Positions 1 to 9,188 are shown, counted from the stretch's first letter. The stretch is 32,000 nt of DNA from Ferroglobus placidus DSM 10642 (GCF_000025505.1 NC_013849.1:1200001-1232000); one strand, 5' to 3'. Made by a program: numbers and translations. The notes: generated by a model from the sequence alone, not told the origin.

Positions 1-341
1 AACCTGGTCCAGCGAGTCAGGGATTTATAACGAACGTTGAAGGAGTTCTGATGAGGTTCGAAGATGTTGTAGAAATGGCTAAGAGGTGGAACAGCGATGA
101 CGAAGAGAAGGTAAGGATCTGCGAAGAAATCTTAGAAAAACTCAAAGCGGTTAGAGAAGGGGAAGAATCCGTTACGCTGATAGTAGAAGATCCATTCGGC
201 AACAGTACGATAATAAGCGACGAAGTTTTTATGGAAAAGCTCAGTCAGGAGGAGGCTTCAAAGCTCAAAACCGGATTGACAATAGTCGATATCGTTGGAG
301 AAGAAGAGTTGATGAGCTTGAAGGAGAATTTGGAAGAGTAA
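1..341 (+). CDS. ZPR1-type zinc-finger protein, C-terminal part (5' end lies outside the window)
   Basis: Frame 3 is open from base 3 with no stop before the ATG at 51. The translation has ITNVEGVL and LIVEDPFGNSTI, matching the DPxGNS signature of the ZPR1 domain. Confidence 0.6.
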   Translation, partial: PGPASQGFITNVEGVLMRFEDVVEMAKRWNSDDEEKVRICEEILEKLKAVREGEESVTLIVEDPFGNSTIISDEVFMEKLSQEEASKLKTGLTIVDIVGEEELMSLKENLEE

Positions 342-935
342 AAGCTCGGATTTGTGTTGCTTTGAAGCTTCGACATTCCCCTATTTTAACGACTATACTA
401 TTTCGTAAAGGCTATGTAATTAGTCTGGCGTTGGCGTTGTTCCGAAGAGAGCAAATCCAATGGTTTTCTCAAACATATCTAATGCTGCTCCCTCTCTTTG
501 GAAGCCATGATGATGTTTCTGGATTTGAACCAGAAGAAGGAGTACCAGACTGAAAAAGTTATAGAGAAAGGTATGTGCGCCGGTTCGATGATTCTGGTAC
601 AGGTAGAGTTTATAGAAGCTGGGATTGAAGTACAGGCATGAGACTTTTATAAATACGGAGGTGTTATCTTGACGATCCCACTCTCAACGACGCAACTTGA
701 TATAGTTTCGAAAGTTTGGGTAGAGATTCCAAACAGCTGGAAAGAATTTATTGAGAAAGCAATGAAATTACGTGACTAAGAAAAAAGATTGGCTTTTTCG
801 TTTGACAGGGGGTAGGAGCCATGTTGCTATTTTTTGGAGATTGTGCTCCATATTCCTGCGACTGCATTAGAGATCTAATCAGAGAAGATTTGAAAAAGAG
901 GGGTTGCGAGGTTGTTAAAGATGCGTTCTAAGTTG

Positions 936-1298
936 CTATACCTCTTCAAGCTTAATCCTCTCTATTCCCACTTTGTCATAGGAAGAGTCGGAGCTAATTA
1001 TCTTTCCCCCACAGTAGGCAGCATGAAAGGCGTCGAAGACTCCGAGACCGTAGTCTCTGATAAATATTGCCGCCTTAAGCAGTCTTTCATCGTCTATTCC
1101 GCACAGTGTCATGACGCTCGTGAATATTCTCACGACGTCGAGACCGTATCTTTTGGCGATGAGGGCAAGCTCAATAAAAGTGATAGCGGATGTCGTTATC
1201 TGCCCCTCATACTCTTTCAAAAGTCTTTTCGCTCTCTCCTTCAGCCAGTCTTTCTCCTTGAGAAGGGCGAGAAAGAAATCCGTATCGGCGTAGATCAT
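936..1298 (-). CDS. vapC: PIN-domain ribonuclease toxin VapC
   Basis: 120 aa with the PIN acidic residues: N-terminal MIYADTDFF, VFDAFHAAY and IISSD. It overlaps the upstream AbrB antitoxin gene by 4 nt. Confidence 0.85.
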   Translation of the reverse strand: MIYADTDFFLALLKEKDWLKERAKRLLKEYEGQITTSAITFIELALIAKRYGLDVVRIFTSVMTLCGIDDERLLKAAIFIRDYGLGVFDAFHAAYCGGKIISSDSSYDKVGIERIKLEEV

Positions 1299-1522
1299 TC
1301 AATCTCCTCCATCGCTTCCTCTACTATCTCCCTTCTAAGATCCTCAATCGACTTTGATGGTAACTTTTTACCCTCCTTTTCAAGTTCTTTAATTGGATCC
1401 GCAGGCTTCGGTATCAGCAGAATGCCGTCCTTGACCTCAACAACGAAGACCTCTTTGCCTATCCTACTTCTGACACTCTTCGGCAAATACACCCTCCCTC
1501 TTTCATCAACTTTAGCCCACAT
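1295..1522 (-). CDS. vapB: AbrB/SpoVT-fold antitoxin VapB
   Basis: MWAKVDERGRVYLPKSVRSRIGKEVFVVEVKDGILLIP is a typical SpoVT/AbrB swapped-hairpin motif. The ORF is open to 1561, but the ATG at 1522 sits about 25-30 nt downstream of an A/T-rich TATA-like box, which fits a leaderless start. Confidence 0.75.
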   Translation of the reverse strand: MWAKVDERGRVYLPKSVRSRIGKEVFVVEVKDGILLIPKPADPIKELEKEGKKLPSKSIEDLRREIVEEAMEEIE

Positions 1523-2102
1523 AATAATAAATAAATGGGAAGAAAATATAAGTTTTCCCATTCACCTGCGGAGTGTTTCTCAATCTCCTCAAGCATTCCC
1601 AAAACGAACACGATGAGGAGGTTTTTAGGAAAATATCCTGCGAGTCATGAAAATGTTCCTCTTTCCGGAAAGTTCAAGAGGACAGTTATTAACGTCCACA
1701 TTAGAAATTTAGAAAAGAGCGCCGAGAGAAAGCTTCTTCACGAGCTCTAATCCTTTCCATTATGACTTAAACTGAAAAGTCTGCCTTCATGTTTTGCGGG
1801 AATAGTTGTCGAAAACTTTTGCGTAAAGCCGCCCGGCTGGTGGTTCTTTTTGTATAAGTTCGTTGAGGGGGAGTCCCCGAGCATCACGGCAAGTTCATCA
1901 AGTTTTTTTCAGTGATGGTTATTCTCTCCGCCTCGTCGATGTCGAGGTAAACTTCAATAACCTCTTTTTCGCTTTAAAAGACTCATCCCACGTACTTCGT
2001 TTCTTTTGACAATGTAAACCATTGATTGTAAGTATCTCTTTCCGCTAAGTTTTACCCATAACGAAACAGAGCACACTCTCCGGGACGCGAAGCAAAAGAG
2101 AG

Positions 2103-2183
2103 CGCCGGGGGTGGGATTCGAACCCACGCGGGCAGAGCCCAGCGGCTTAGCAGGCCGCCGCCTTACCACTCGGCAACCCCGGC
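2103..2183 (-). tRNA. tRNA-Ser (anticodon GCU)
   Basis: I folded it by hand. Acceptor GCCGGGG/CCCCGGC, 3-bp D stem, anticodon stem GCGGC/GCCGC with loop CTGCTAA. There is a 14-nt variable arm, T arm GTGGG-TTCGAAT-CCCAC and discriminator G. CCA is not encoded. Confidence 0.9.
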
Positions 2184-2208
2184 TTAAAGAAATCTTTTCG
2201 GTATCTGG

Positions 2209-2215
2209 TTTTAAA
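2209..2215 (-). promoter_or_regulatory. Candidate TATA box for tRNA-Ser
   Basis: The minus strand reads TTTAAAA about 25 nt upstream of the mature tRNA 5' end, the usual archaeal TATA spacing. Confidence 0.4.
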
Positions 2216-2297
2216 CGTTTTGTTCATTATTGTCATTTGATAACCTGCAACAAAATGAAAAGACAATAAGTAAATACCGCACACATTTTTTCATTCT

Positions 2298-2816
2298 GTG
2301 AACTTTCCCAAGAAAGTAAAAATTGCAAACGGCGAAGAAATTACGCTCAGATTCCCTAAGAAAGACGATTTGGAGAAGTTGATAAGGATGTACACAACGC
2401 TATCCGAAAATTCACTCCGATTTCTCAGACCTTACGAGTTTTCGAAGGAAGAAGTCAAAAAGATGTTCGAAAGAGTCGATTTCGAAAACGTTTACTCTGT
2501 TGTTGCGGAAAACGAAAAGGGGGAAATCGTGGCTGAAAGCAGACTGATAAAGGTGAGCGAAAATTCCGCTGAGCTGGCTGTCATAGTTCACGACAGCTAC
2601 CAAAACAAAAAGCTCGGACAGACCCTTGCGAGGGAAATGATAGAGTTCGCAAAGAGCAGAGGGTTCAAAAGATTAATAGCGTTCATAAATGAGAGAAATC
2701 GCGCTGCTTTACACATCTTCGAAAAGTTAGGGTTTAAAGTTGAAGCCCGCTCTTACCTTGAGCCGAGCATAATGGGGAAAAGTGGGGCTGCTTTAAAGCT
2801 CGTTCTCCAAATTTAA
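2298..2816 (+). CDS. GNAT family N-acetyltransferase
   Basis: 172 aa with a GTG start. The acetyl-CoA binding motif A is QNKKLGQTLAREMIEFAKSRGFKRL, followed by NERNRAALHIFEKLGF. Confidence 0.8.
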   Translation: MNFPKKVKIANGEEITLRFPKKDDLEKLIRMYTTLSENSLRFLRPYEFSKEEVKKMFERVDFENVYSVVAENEKGEIVAESRLIKVSENSAELAVIVHDSYQNKKLGQTLAREMIEFAKSRGFKRLIAFINERNRAALHIFEKLGFKVEARSYLEPSIMGKSGAALKLVLQI

Positions 2817-3121
2817 TCGTACTCCCTCCAAGTTTTCCCGCACTTCGTGCAGCGGAAAAACCTCACCTCGCTTTCGTCCGCTGCTCTCAATTGCCTTAAC
2901 CACCAGTAAGCTTCCCTGTTTCCGCATGCCGGGCAAATGACGTTCGTCGTTGGCAGAGTTTTTACGTTCTCCTCCTCAATTACCGGTATCTCTTCCTTGT
3001 TCCTCTTCGAAACCGTGATGAACTCTTTTTCTCCGGCATCTTTCTCAAAACCGCACTTTCTGCAGACCGCTTTGTCTCCCTGATATATCATTATGCTCTT
3101 ACACTTTGGACAGAATTCCAC
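2813..3121 (-). CDS. tfs: Transcription factor S (TFIIS-like cleavage factor / RpoM family)
   Basis: 102 aa with an N-terminal zinc ribbon (CPKC...CRKC). The C-terminal ribbon is CPACG...LRAADESEVRFFRCTKCGKTW and retains the acidic DE loop. Confidence 0.85.
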   Translation of the reverse strand: MEFCPKCKSIMIYQGDKAVCRKCGFEKDAGEKEFITVSKRNKEEIPVIEEENVKTLPTTNVICPACGNREAYWWLRQLRAADESEVRFFRCTKCGKTWREYD

Positions 3122-3512
3122 GCAGATACACCTCCGCGTCCTTTATCATTTTTTCGTGATCGAATGCTAATTCCGGAAGTTCTTCGAGTTTAAAAACTTT
3201 CACATCCTCAGCGTCACTTCCGGCTTTAAGTTCTCCGCCTATGGGAGTAAGAATGAAGCAAATCGAAACGAAATGTCCTCTCGGATCTCTGTTCGGATCG
3301 GAGTAAACTCCAACGAGTTTCTCAATTCTACACTTCAATCCCGTTTCCTCCTCAGCTTCTCTTATAACAGCATCCTCAACCTTCTCACCGTACTCAACTA
3401 TTCCTCCGGGCAAAGCGTACTTTCCTTTGAAAGGCTCGTTCTTTCTTCTTACGAGAACTATTCCCCCTCTGTAGGGGATTATCGCATCGACGGTAAGCGT
3501 TATGCACTTCAT
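3099..3512 (-). CDS. Nudix hydrolase
   Basis: Nudix box GGIVEYGEKVEDAVIREAEEETGL (GX5EX7REUXEEXGU). Confidence 0.85.
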   Translation of the reverse strand: MKCITLTVDAIIPYRGGIVLVRRKNEPFKGKYALPGGIVEYGEKVEDAVIREAEEETGLKCRIEKLVGVYSDPNRDPRGHFVSICFILTPIGGELKAGSDAEDVKVFKLEELPELAFDHEKMIKDAEVYLRGILSKV

Positions 3513-4147
3513 AGAATCACATCCAATATTGACTTTCTAAAGTTTTTCTCCGCCTGCTTTTTCGCCCACGAAACGTCTCCTACTCGCTCAACCGAATGCG
3601 CATCGCTCCCTATCGAGTAAATCAACCCCTTTCTCCCAGCCTCTTCAATTACGTCGAGAGGGGGAGCTCTGTGATAGCTGTTAATCTCTATCGCCACGCA
3701 ATTTTCCTTTGCGAGGTCGATAATTTCAAGGTCGTATTCGGGAATTCTACCGTCCAAGCTAACCATTTCTGAATGCAAATGCCCGAGAACGTGAATCTCC
3801 TGAGTCTTTATACACTCCCTCAACCTCCTGTAGTACTCCTCCGGAGTCAAGTAGCTGTGGATCGAAGCGATGACCAAATCGAATTCGAATTCCGGCTTTT
3901 CTACCCTTCCGTTTTCGAGAATTCCGCACTCTATTCCGTTAAGAACTTTAACTCCGTACTTCTGCTCAGCCATCTCAATCTCGATCGATCTTTTTTCAGC
4001 TTTCTTCTTCGTGAGTCCGAGGGGGTGTTCGGAAGAGTGGTCCGCTATGCAGATAATCTTCAGCTTCCTTTCCATGGCTTTCCTAACTATTTCGTCAATT
4101 TTCCCCTTCCCATCAGAGTAAGTGCTGTGTATGTGGAAGTCGAACAC
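3509..4147 (-). CDS. PHP-domain metal-dependent phosphoesterase (histidinol-phosphatase-like)
   Basis: N-terminal FDFHIHSTYSDG motif, later ADH, LGHLH and GSDAH histidine clusters. It overlaps the Nudix gene by 4 nt. Confidence 0.75.
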   Translation of the reverse strand: MFDFHIHSTYSDGKGKIDEIVRKAMERKLKIICIADHSSEHPLGLTKKKAEKRSIEIEMAEQKYGVKVLNGIECGILENGRVEKPEFEFDLVIASIHSYLTPEEYYRRLRECIKTQEIHVLGHLHSEMVSLDGRIPEYDLEIIDLAKENCVAIEINSYHRAPPLDVIEEAGRKGLIYSIGSDAHSVERVGDVSWAKKQAEKNFRKSILDVIL

Positions 4148-4186
4148 AACGAAAACTGTATATTCTCTGCATAAAAACGATTTGCC

Positions 4187-4933
4187 ATGCTACAATTCAT
4201 CTCGACACTCCTAATGTTCATCTACGCACTATCAAAAAACAAATTCGTCGGCTTCGTCTCTTGGACGATCTTCGGAGTTTTCTGGCTGCTAAATTTACCT
4301 TACTACATGAGCATCTCCGACTACTTCAATTCCGTGCTGATGGTTGCAGCCTTTTCTCTCTTCACTCTCCTCGGTTTAACGATTCTGAGAACCAACGATG
4401 ACGTTTTTCCGAGACTGACTTTTATCGCAGCTATCTCCTCTCTCATTTACTTCACCTTCGCCGAAACGATGCTCGGAAAAGAGCTAATAGAGATCGTGGC
4501 TATGCAAACATCAATTTTAGCGAGCTTTCTCGGCTACAAATTCTTAGTCGACGGAGATTTCATTTACTACAACGGCAAAATCGTACAGATAATTCTCGCC
4601 TGTACGGGAATCGAAAGCATTTCGCTTTTCGCCGGTATCTCTTTGGGAGCAGAAGGTAGAGCGGTTAACAAGATAAAAGCATTTTTGGTTTCAGTTCCGG
4701 TAATTTACGTGCTCAACCTCCTAAGAAACACGTTTATAGTTCTCGCTTACGGAGATAGCTGGTTTGGAGAGAACAGTTTCTACATAGCCCACCACGTAAT
4801 CTCCAAGTTTCTTGCGACGGTAGCATTGATAATTATCGCGATGCAGGTCTTCAAGTATCTGCCTAAATTTGCCGATGACGTGTTTAAAGCTAAAGATGCG
4901 GTGGTGAGAACTTGGTTAGAAAAGAGGCGTTGA
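4187..4933 (+). CDS. Archaeosortase family protein (exosortase/archaeosortase superfamily, ArtA-like)
   Basis: 248-aa polytopic membrane protein with the family Cys/Arg/His signature: ILACTGIESISL, LNLLRNTFIV and IAHHVISKF. Confidence 0.75.
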   Translation: MLQFISTLLMFIYALSKNKFVGFVSWTIFGVFWLLNLPYYMSISDYFNSVLMVAAFSLFTLLGLTILRTNDDVFPRLTFIAAISSLIYFTFAETMLGKELIEIVAMQTSILASFLGYKFLVDGDFIYYNGKIVQIILACTGIESISLFAGISLGAEGRAVNKIKAFLVSVPVIYVLNLLRNTFIVLAYGDSWFGENSFYIAHHVISKFLATVALIIIAMQVFKYLPKFADDVFKAKDAVVRTWLEKRR

Positions 4934-5484
4934 AAGTTATTTTAATTCTCGCCCTCTTACTTCCCCTCGGAATTTTCGTAAAATTTCTGATACCTCTCCT
5001 CTCAGCTCTAATAGCCTTTACAATTTTCTTCTTCAGAGATCCGGAAAGGAAAATCGGAGATTGGGTTATCTCTCCTGCAGACGGGAGAATCGATTTCGTC
5101 GAAGATAACAGGCTGGAAATTTTCATGGGGCTATTTGACTGCCACGTCCAGAGGTCTCCGGTGAGTGGAATAGTTAAAAGAATAACTTTCGTCCCCGGAA
5201 AAAAGCGACCGGCGTTTATAAGAGGAGGGAACGAAAGAAAGGTGATAGAAATTGAGAGCGAAGAAGGAACTTTCGTAGTCGAGTTAATAGCAGGAATTTT
5301 TGCGAGGAGAATTTTCTGCTGGGTGAAAGAGGGAGAGAAGGTTGAAAAGGGGCAGAGAATAGGAATGATAGCCTTCGGCTCAAGAGTTGCCTTAGAGGTG
5401 CCCGAAAATTACGTTTTCGTTAAAAAGGTAGGGGAAAAAGTTAAGGCTGGAGAGACGGTTGCCGTGAAATATGAAGCTGGCTGA
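4912..5484 (+). CDS. psd: Archaeal-type phosphatidylserine (archaetidylserine) decarboxylase proenzyme
   Basis: N-terminal TM segment, then FRDPER, SPADG and HVQRSPVSG. The self-cleavage-type motif is IAFGSRV. The start is ambiguous (TTG 4912 or 4930) and overlaps the archaeosortase stop. Confidence 0.8.
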   Translation: MVRKEALKVILILALLLPLGIFVKFLIPLLSALIAFTIFFFRDPERKIGDWVISPADGRIDFVEDNRLEIFMGLFDCHVQRSPVSGIVKRITFVPGKKRPAFIRGGNERKVIEIESEEGTFVVELIAGIFARRIFCWVKEGEKVEKGQRIGMIAFGSRVALEVPENYVFVKKVGEKVKAGETVAVKYEAG

Positions 5485-6025
5485 TGCATTTTCAATACTG
5501 AACGCAACCTTCGGATTTCTTGCCATATATTACCGCGATCCCTCTTTCATATTCCTCGCCGCTTTCGCCGACGGTTTAGACGGATATCTGGCAAGAAAAT
5601 ACGGTTCTGGAGATCTCGGAAAGAACCTCGACACTCTGGCAGATTTTATCTCATTCGGAGTGGCTCCAGCTTACTTCCTCGGAATTTTTGCCTTTCCTTA
5701 CCTTTTAGCCTCAATTTACCGCCTCGCAAGATTTCTTAACGTAAATAAAGAAGATTTCGTCGGATTTCCCGTGACAGCTTCGGCAATGATAGTCGTTCCG
5801 CTACTTTTCTTTTCTAAAAATTTGTCGCTTTTTGCGGCAATAATTCTCTCGTTTTTTATGGTTAGCGAGATAGAGTACAAGAAAGTCAAGGATGCGAAGC
5901 TTTTGAGTGTTGCCGCAATCCTAATTCTTATCGCTTTCATCGATTCAAGACTTTCTGTTGGAATTCTCACCCTTTCAATCCTCTATCTCCTCTCTCCCCT
6001 CGCTAAAAACTTTTATAAACATTAG
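5471..6025 (+). CDS. pssA: CDP-alcohol phosphatidyltransferase (archaetidylserine synthase-like)
   Basis: DGLDGYLARKYGSGDLGKNLDTLADFISFG matches DGx2ARx8Gx3Dx3D. It is a multi-TM protein and overlaps psd by 14 nt. Confidence 0.8.
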   Translation: MKLADAFSILNATFGFLAIYYRDPSFIFLAAFADGLDGYLARKYGSGDLGKNLDTLADFISFGVAPAYFLGIFAFPYLLASIYRLARFLNVNKEDFVGFPVTASAMIVVPLLFFSKNLSLFAAIILSFFMVSEIEYKKVKDAKLLSVAAILILIAFIDSRLSVGILTLSILYLLSPLAKNFYKH

Positions 6026-6041
6026 CGCAGCCTTTCCAACA

Positions 6042-7511
6042 ATGTCAGTGATAATACTCGACACCACACTGAGAGACGGGGAACAAACGCCGGGAGTTTC
6101 CCTCAGCGTTGAGCAGAAATTAATGATTGCCGAAGCTTTGGACAACCTCGGAGTAGACATAATCGAAGCCGGAACAGCCATAGCTTCCGAAGGGGAGTTT
6201 AAAGCTATAAAGGCGATAAGCGAAGCGGGATTGAAAGCAGAAATTTGCAGCTTCGGGAGGATTAAAAAAGAGGACATCGATGCCGCCGCTGACGCTGGAG
6301 CGGATTCAATTTTCATGGTCGCCCCCTCTTCAGATATACACATCAACAGCAAATTTCCGGGGAAAACCCGGGAGGATATAATTCAGATGTCAATTGAAAT
6401 GGTCGAATACGCTAAGGAAAGAGGCTTAATTGTAGAATTCGGAGGAGAGGACGCTTCTCGCGCTGATTTCGAATTCATAAAAAAGTTGTTGAAGGCGGGA
6501 GAAGAAGCCGGAGCAGACAGGTTAACTTTCACAGATACGGTCGGAGTTCTTACTCCGGAAAGAGCTCAGCAAATAATGTCGGAATTGAAGAAGGTCGTGA
6601 AGAAGCCGGTAGCTTTCCACGGGCACGACGACTTTGGATTAGCCACGGCAAACACAATCTTTGCCGTTAAAGGAGGTGCCGACGAGATACACTGCTGCGT
6701 AAACGGGCTTGGAGAAAGAGCCGGAAATGCCGCCTTAGAAGAGGTAGTAATGGCTTTAGAATACCTCTACGGAATAAAAACGAAGATAAACAAGAAAGCG
6801 ATATATCCAACGTCCAAGCTCGTAGAAAAGTTGACGAGAGTTGTCGTTCCGCCGAACAAACCAATCGTCGGAGAGAACGCTTTTACCCACGAAAGCGGAA
6901 TCCACACTTCAGCCGTTTTGAGGGATGCTAAAACTTACGAGCCGATTTCTCCGGAAGTGATAGGGAGGTCGAGGAGCATAGTCCTCGGGAAACACGCCGG
7001 AAAAGCGAGCGTCGAGGCTATAATGAAAGAGCTCGGATACAAAGCTACGAAAGAGCAGATGCAGGAGATATTGAAGAGAGTGAAGGAGATTGGAGACAAA
7101 GGAAAAAGAGTAACCGACGCAGACGTTAGAGCAATAATAGAGACTGTCCTTCAGATAAAGAGGGAAAGAAAAGTAGAACTTGTCGATTTGAACGTCGTGA
7201 GCGGAGCGAATATAATGCCTACAGCAAGCGTGAAGCTCAAGATAAACGGAAAAGAGTACGTGGAGGCAGGGGTTGGAGTTGGTCCGGTGGATGCGGCGAT
7301 AAACGCTATAAAAAGGGCGGTGAAGGAGTACGCAGATATAGAGCTCGTTTCCTACCACGTCGACGCTATAACCGGCGGTACGGATGCTCTCGTAGACGTA
7401 ATAGTGCAGCTGAAGAAAGGAGACAAGATCGTAACTGCAAGGGGAGCGAGAACGGACATAATAATGGCGAGCGTCGAGGCATTTGTGGAAGGACTGAACA
7501 TGCTCCTTTAG
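6042..7511 (+). CDS. 2-isopropylmalate synthase / (R)-citramalate synthase family (LeuA/CimA)
   Basis: MSVIILDTTLRDGEQTPGV, HGHDDFGLATANT and HESGIH motifs, plus a C-terminal LeuA-type regulatory domain. I prefer the ATG at 6042 over the ORF-track start at 5958. LeuA and CimA cannot be told apart by eye. Confidence 0.85.
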   Translation: MSVIILDTTLRDGEQTPGVSLSVEQKLMIAEALDNLGVDIIEAGTAIASEGEFKAIKAISEAGLKAEICSFGRIKKEDIDAAADAGADSIFMVAPSSDIHINSKFPGKTREDIIQMSIEMVEYAKERGLIVEFGGEDASRADFEFIKKLLKAGEEAGADRLTFTDTVGVLTPERAQQIMSELKKVVKKPVAFHGHDDFGLATANTIFAVKGGADEIHCCVNGLGERAGNAALEEVVMALEYLYGIKTKINKKAIYPTSKLVEKLTRVVVPPNKPIVGENAFTHESGIHTSAVLRDAKTYEPISPEVIGRSRSIVLGKHAGKASVEAIMKELGYKATKEQMQEILKRVKEIGDKGKRVTDADVRAIIETVLQIKRERKVELVDLNVVSGANIMPTASVKLKINGKEYVEAGVGVGPVDAAINAIKRAVKEYADIELVSYHVDAITGGTDALVDVIVQLKKGDKIVTARGARTDIIMASVEAFVEGLNMLL

Positions 7512-8482
7512 AGAATCAGAAAGATGTTTCCAATATTTACCCTCTTCAAATACTTTTTCGCAGCCCTGTAACACTCGTAAACCTGCTCCTTCGGCGTTAC
7601 CGGCAGATCTCTGAGTTTATAGTCTGGGTGAAAAACGAGCAAGGAATAGGGAATGTCCTCGCTGAGAGAGGCTAAGAAGGAAGCTATTCCTTCCACCTCC
7701 TCAGCGTCAACGTAGTAAGGGACGAGGAGGGTCGTGGCTGACAAAACTTCGGGATACTTCTCAAAGATCGCTTCGAAGTTCTTTAAAACTTCCTCGTTGC
7801 TTCGTCCAGTTAGAAGCAAATGAAGATTTTCGTTCCAAGCTTTTAAATCGAATTTAACCGTTCCTTTGCTCATTGAACTTATTTCGGCTGCTTTCAAAGC
7901 TTTACTCCTGTTTCCAGCCCCGTTCCACTCCCAGCATATCATCACTCCAAATTTTTTGTAGGCGATCTCGCTGAAGTTTAATGCGAAATCTATCTGAGGT
8001 TCCGGCGAACCGCCGAAGTGGCAGACGCACTTAACCCTTTCGTTAATCATTCCGAGGAGTTCTTCAACGCTGAAAGCTCTCGCCCTTTCAACGAACTTGT
8101 GCTCCCAGTTCTGGCAGTAGAGGCAGTCGAAGTTGCAGCCGTAGTAAAAGACCGCTAAGTTGTATCCTGAAAGCTTGCTCCCCTCGCAGAACCAAGCGTT
8201 GCAGCAGTTAGTTGGGAGGGGATCGTAATAAGCGTGAAGGAGAGCTTTTTCCTTCGAAGATAGGGAAATAACCTTTCCCCCCACTCTTTTCCTTATTTTG
8301 CACAAACCCACATCGTCTATCCTACATTTATTCGAACATAAACCGCAATCTCCTCCGCCGATAACGTCGAGATTCTCGTGGAGTAAGCTAACGAATTCCC
8401 TCGCTCTTTCGCTCTTCGCACATTTAGGGCAGAGAGGTATCGTTTTCGAAGGTCTCTCCCTACCGCAAACTTCGCACTTCAC
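7508..8482 (-). CDS. Radical SAM enzyme (pyruvate formate-lyase-activase-like) with an N-terminal zinc ribbon
   Basis: CNFDCLYCQNW is the CX3CX2C radical SAM cluster motif. The N-terminal CEVCG...CPKC ribbon is followed by further Cys clusters. Confidence 0.75.
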   Translation of the reverse strand: MKCEVCGRERPSKTIPLCPKCAKSERAREFVSLLHENLDVIGGGDCGLCSNKCRIDDVGLCKIRKRVGGKVISLSSKEKALLHAYYDPLPTNCCNAWFCEGSKLSGYNLAVFYYGCNFDCLYCQNWEHKFVERARAFSVEELLGMINERVKCVCHFGGSPEPQIDFALNFSEIAYKKFGVMICWEWNGAGNRSKALKAAEISSMSKGTVKFDLKAWNENLHLLLTGRSNEEVLKNFEAIFEKYPEVLSATTLLVPYYVDAEEVEGIASFLASLSEDIPYSLLVFHPDYKLRDLPVTPKEQVYECYRAAKKYLKRVNIGNIFLIL

Positions 8483-8500
8483 AAAAAATTATAGATCGCA

Positions 8501-9079
8501 TCAGCTCTTAAGCTTTTTAGCAATACTCGCAACCCTCTTTCCTAAAAGCCTGGCAACCTCCAAATCCTCTTCTCTTGGCTTTCCGGTTGAGGTCGCTCCG
8601 TAATAGCTTCCGGCTTTGTAGAGCTCTTTTACTGGAGGAATTCCTACTATAATCATTCCGTGCCCCAAAAGCGGGAGAATCATCGTCAGCAATGTTGCTT
8701 CCTTACCTCCGTGAGGCATTTCGTTCGAAGTGAACACCGCTCCGACTTTCCCCTCGAGTTTTCTGCCCATCCACAACTTTCCTGTCATGTCGATGAACTG
8801 CTTCATCTGAGAAGACATTACGCCAAACCTCGTGGGAGAACCGAAAATTATCGCATCGTACTCTTCAAGCTCTTCGGGATTGGCAACCTCAAAACTTTTA
8901 AGTTCATCCTTTACAGCTCTATATCCGGGATTTTTCTCTAAAATTTCTTCTGGAATCGTTTCCGGCACTCTTTTGACGACCACATCCACCCCTTCTTCTC
9001 TTGCCCCCTCCGCAACCGCTTTAGCGAGCTCCATCGTGTTTCCGGTAATGGAGTGAAAGACTACGAGAATTTTGGTCAT
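8501..9079 (-). CDS. Flavodoxin-fold NAD(P)H:quinone oxidoreductase (WrbA-like)
   Basis: MTKILVVFHSITGNTMELAKAVAEGA flavodoxin-like N-terminus, FGSPTRFG and HGGKEAT motifs. Confidence 0.8.
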   Translation of the reverse strand: MTKILVVFHSITGNTMELAKAVAEGAREEGVDVVVKRVPETIPEEILEKNPGYRAVKDELKSFEVANPEELEEYDAIIFGSPTRFGVMSSQMKQFIDMTGKLWMGRKLEGKVGAVFTSNEMPHGGKEATLLTMILPLLGHGMIIVGIPPVKELYKAGSYYGATSTGKPREEDLEVARLLGKRVASIAKKLKS

Positions 9080-9188
9080 AATTTAGGAGTATCCGTTAAA
9101 CTTCTTAAACTTTTTCGTACAAAATTTGAAATTTGAAGCCGAATTAGAGGGAAAGGGATATTTACTTAAATTTTAAAAACAATAAATT

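Noticed and set aside
362-553. 63-aa ORF in the ZPR1-vapC spacer
   Set aside because: It has no motif, no ribosome-binding site and odd composition. I could not support any gene in 342-660 on either strand.
912-1616. 234-aa ORF on the plus strand
   Set aside because: It is antisense to the well-supported vapC/vapB pair. The translation is low-complexity and Ser/Leu-rich with no recognisable motif, so I treat it as a shadow ORF.
1954-2169. 71-aa ORF overlapping tRNA-Ser; likewise the 70-aa ORF 18267-18479 overlapping tRNA-Arg
   Set aside because: Both run through clear cloverleaf tRNA genes and are artefacts of GC-rich tRNA sequence.
6909-7574. 221-aa ORF antisense to the leuA/cimA 3' end
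   Set aside because: It is a shadow ORF opposite a strongly supported gene and its composition is implausible. The same reasoning applies to the antisense ORFs 5975-6352, 3273-3620, 3773-4174, 12097-12528, 14549-14893, 15601-15942, 24660-24998, 27118-27453, 28357-28812, 29473-29826 and 31232-31855.
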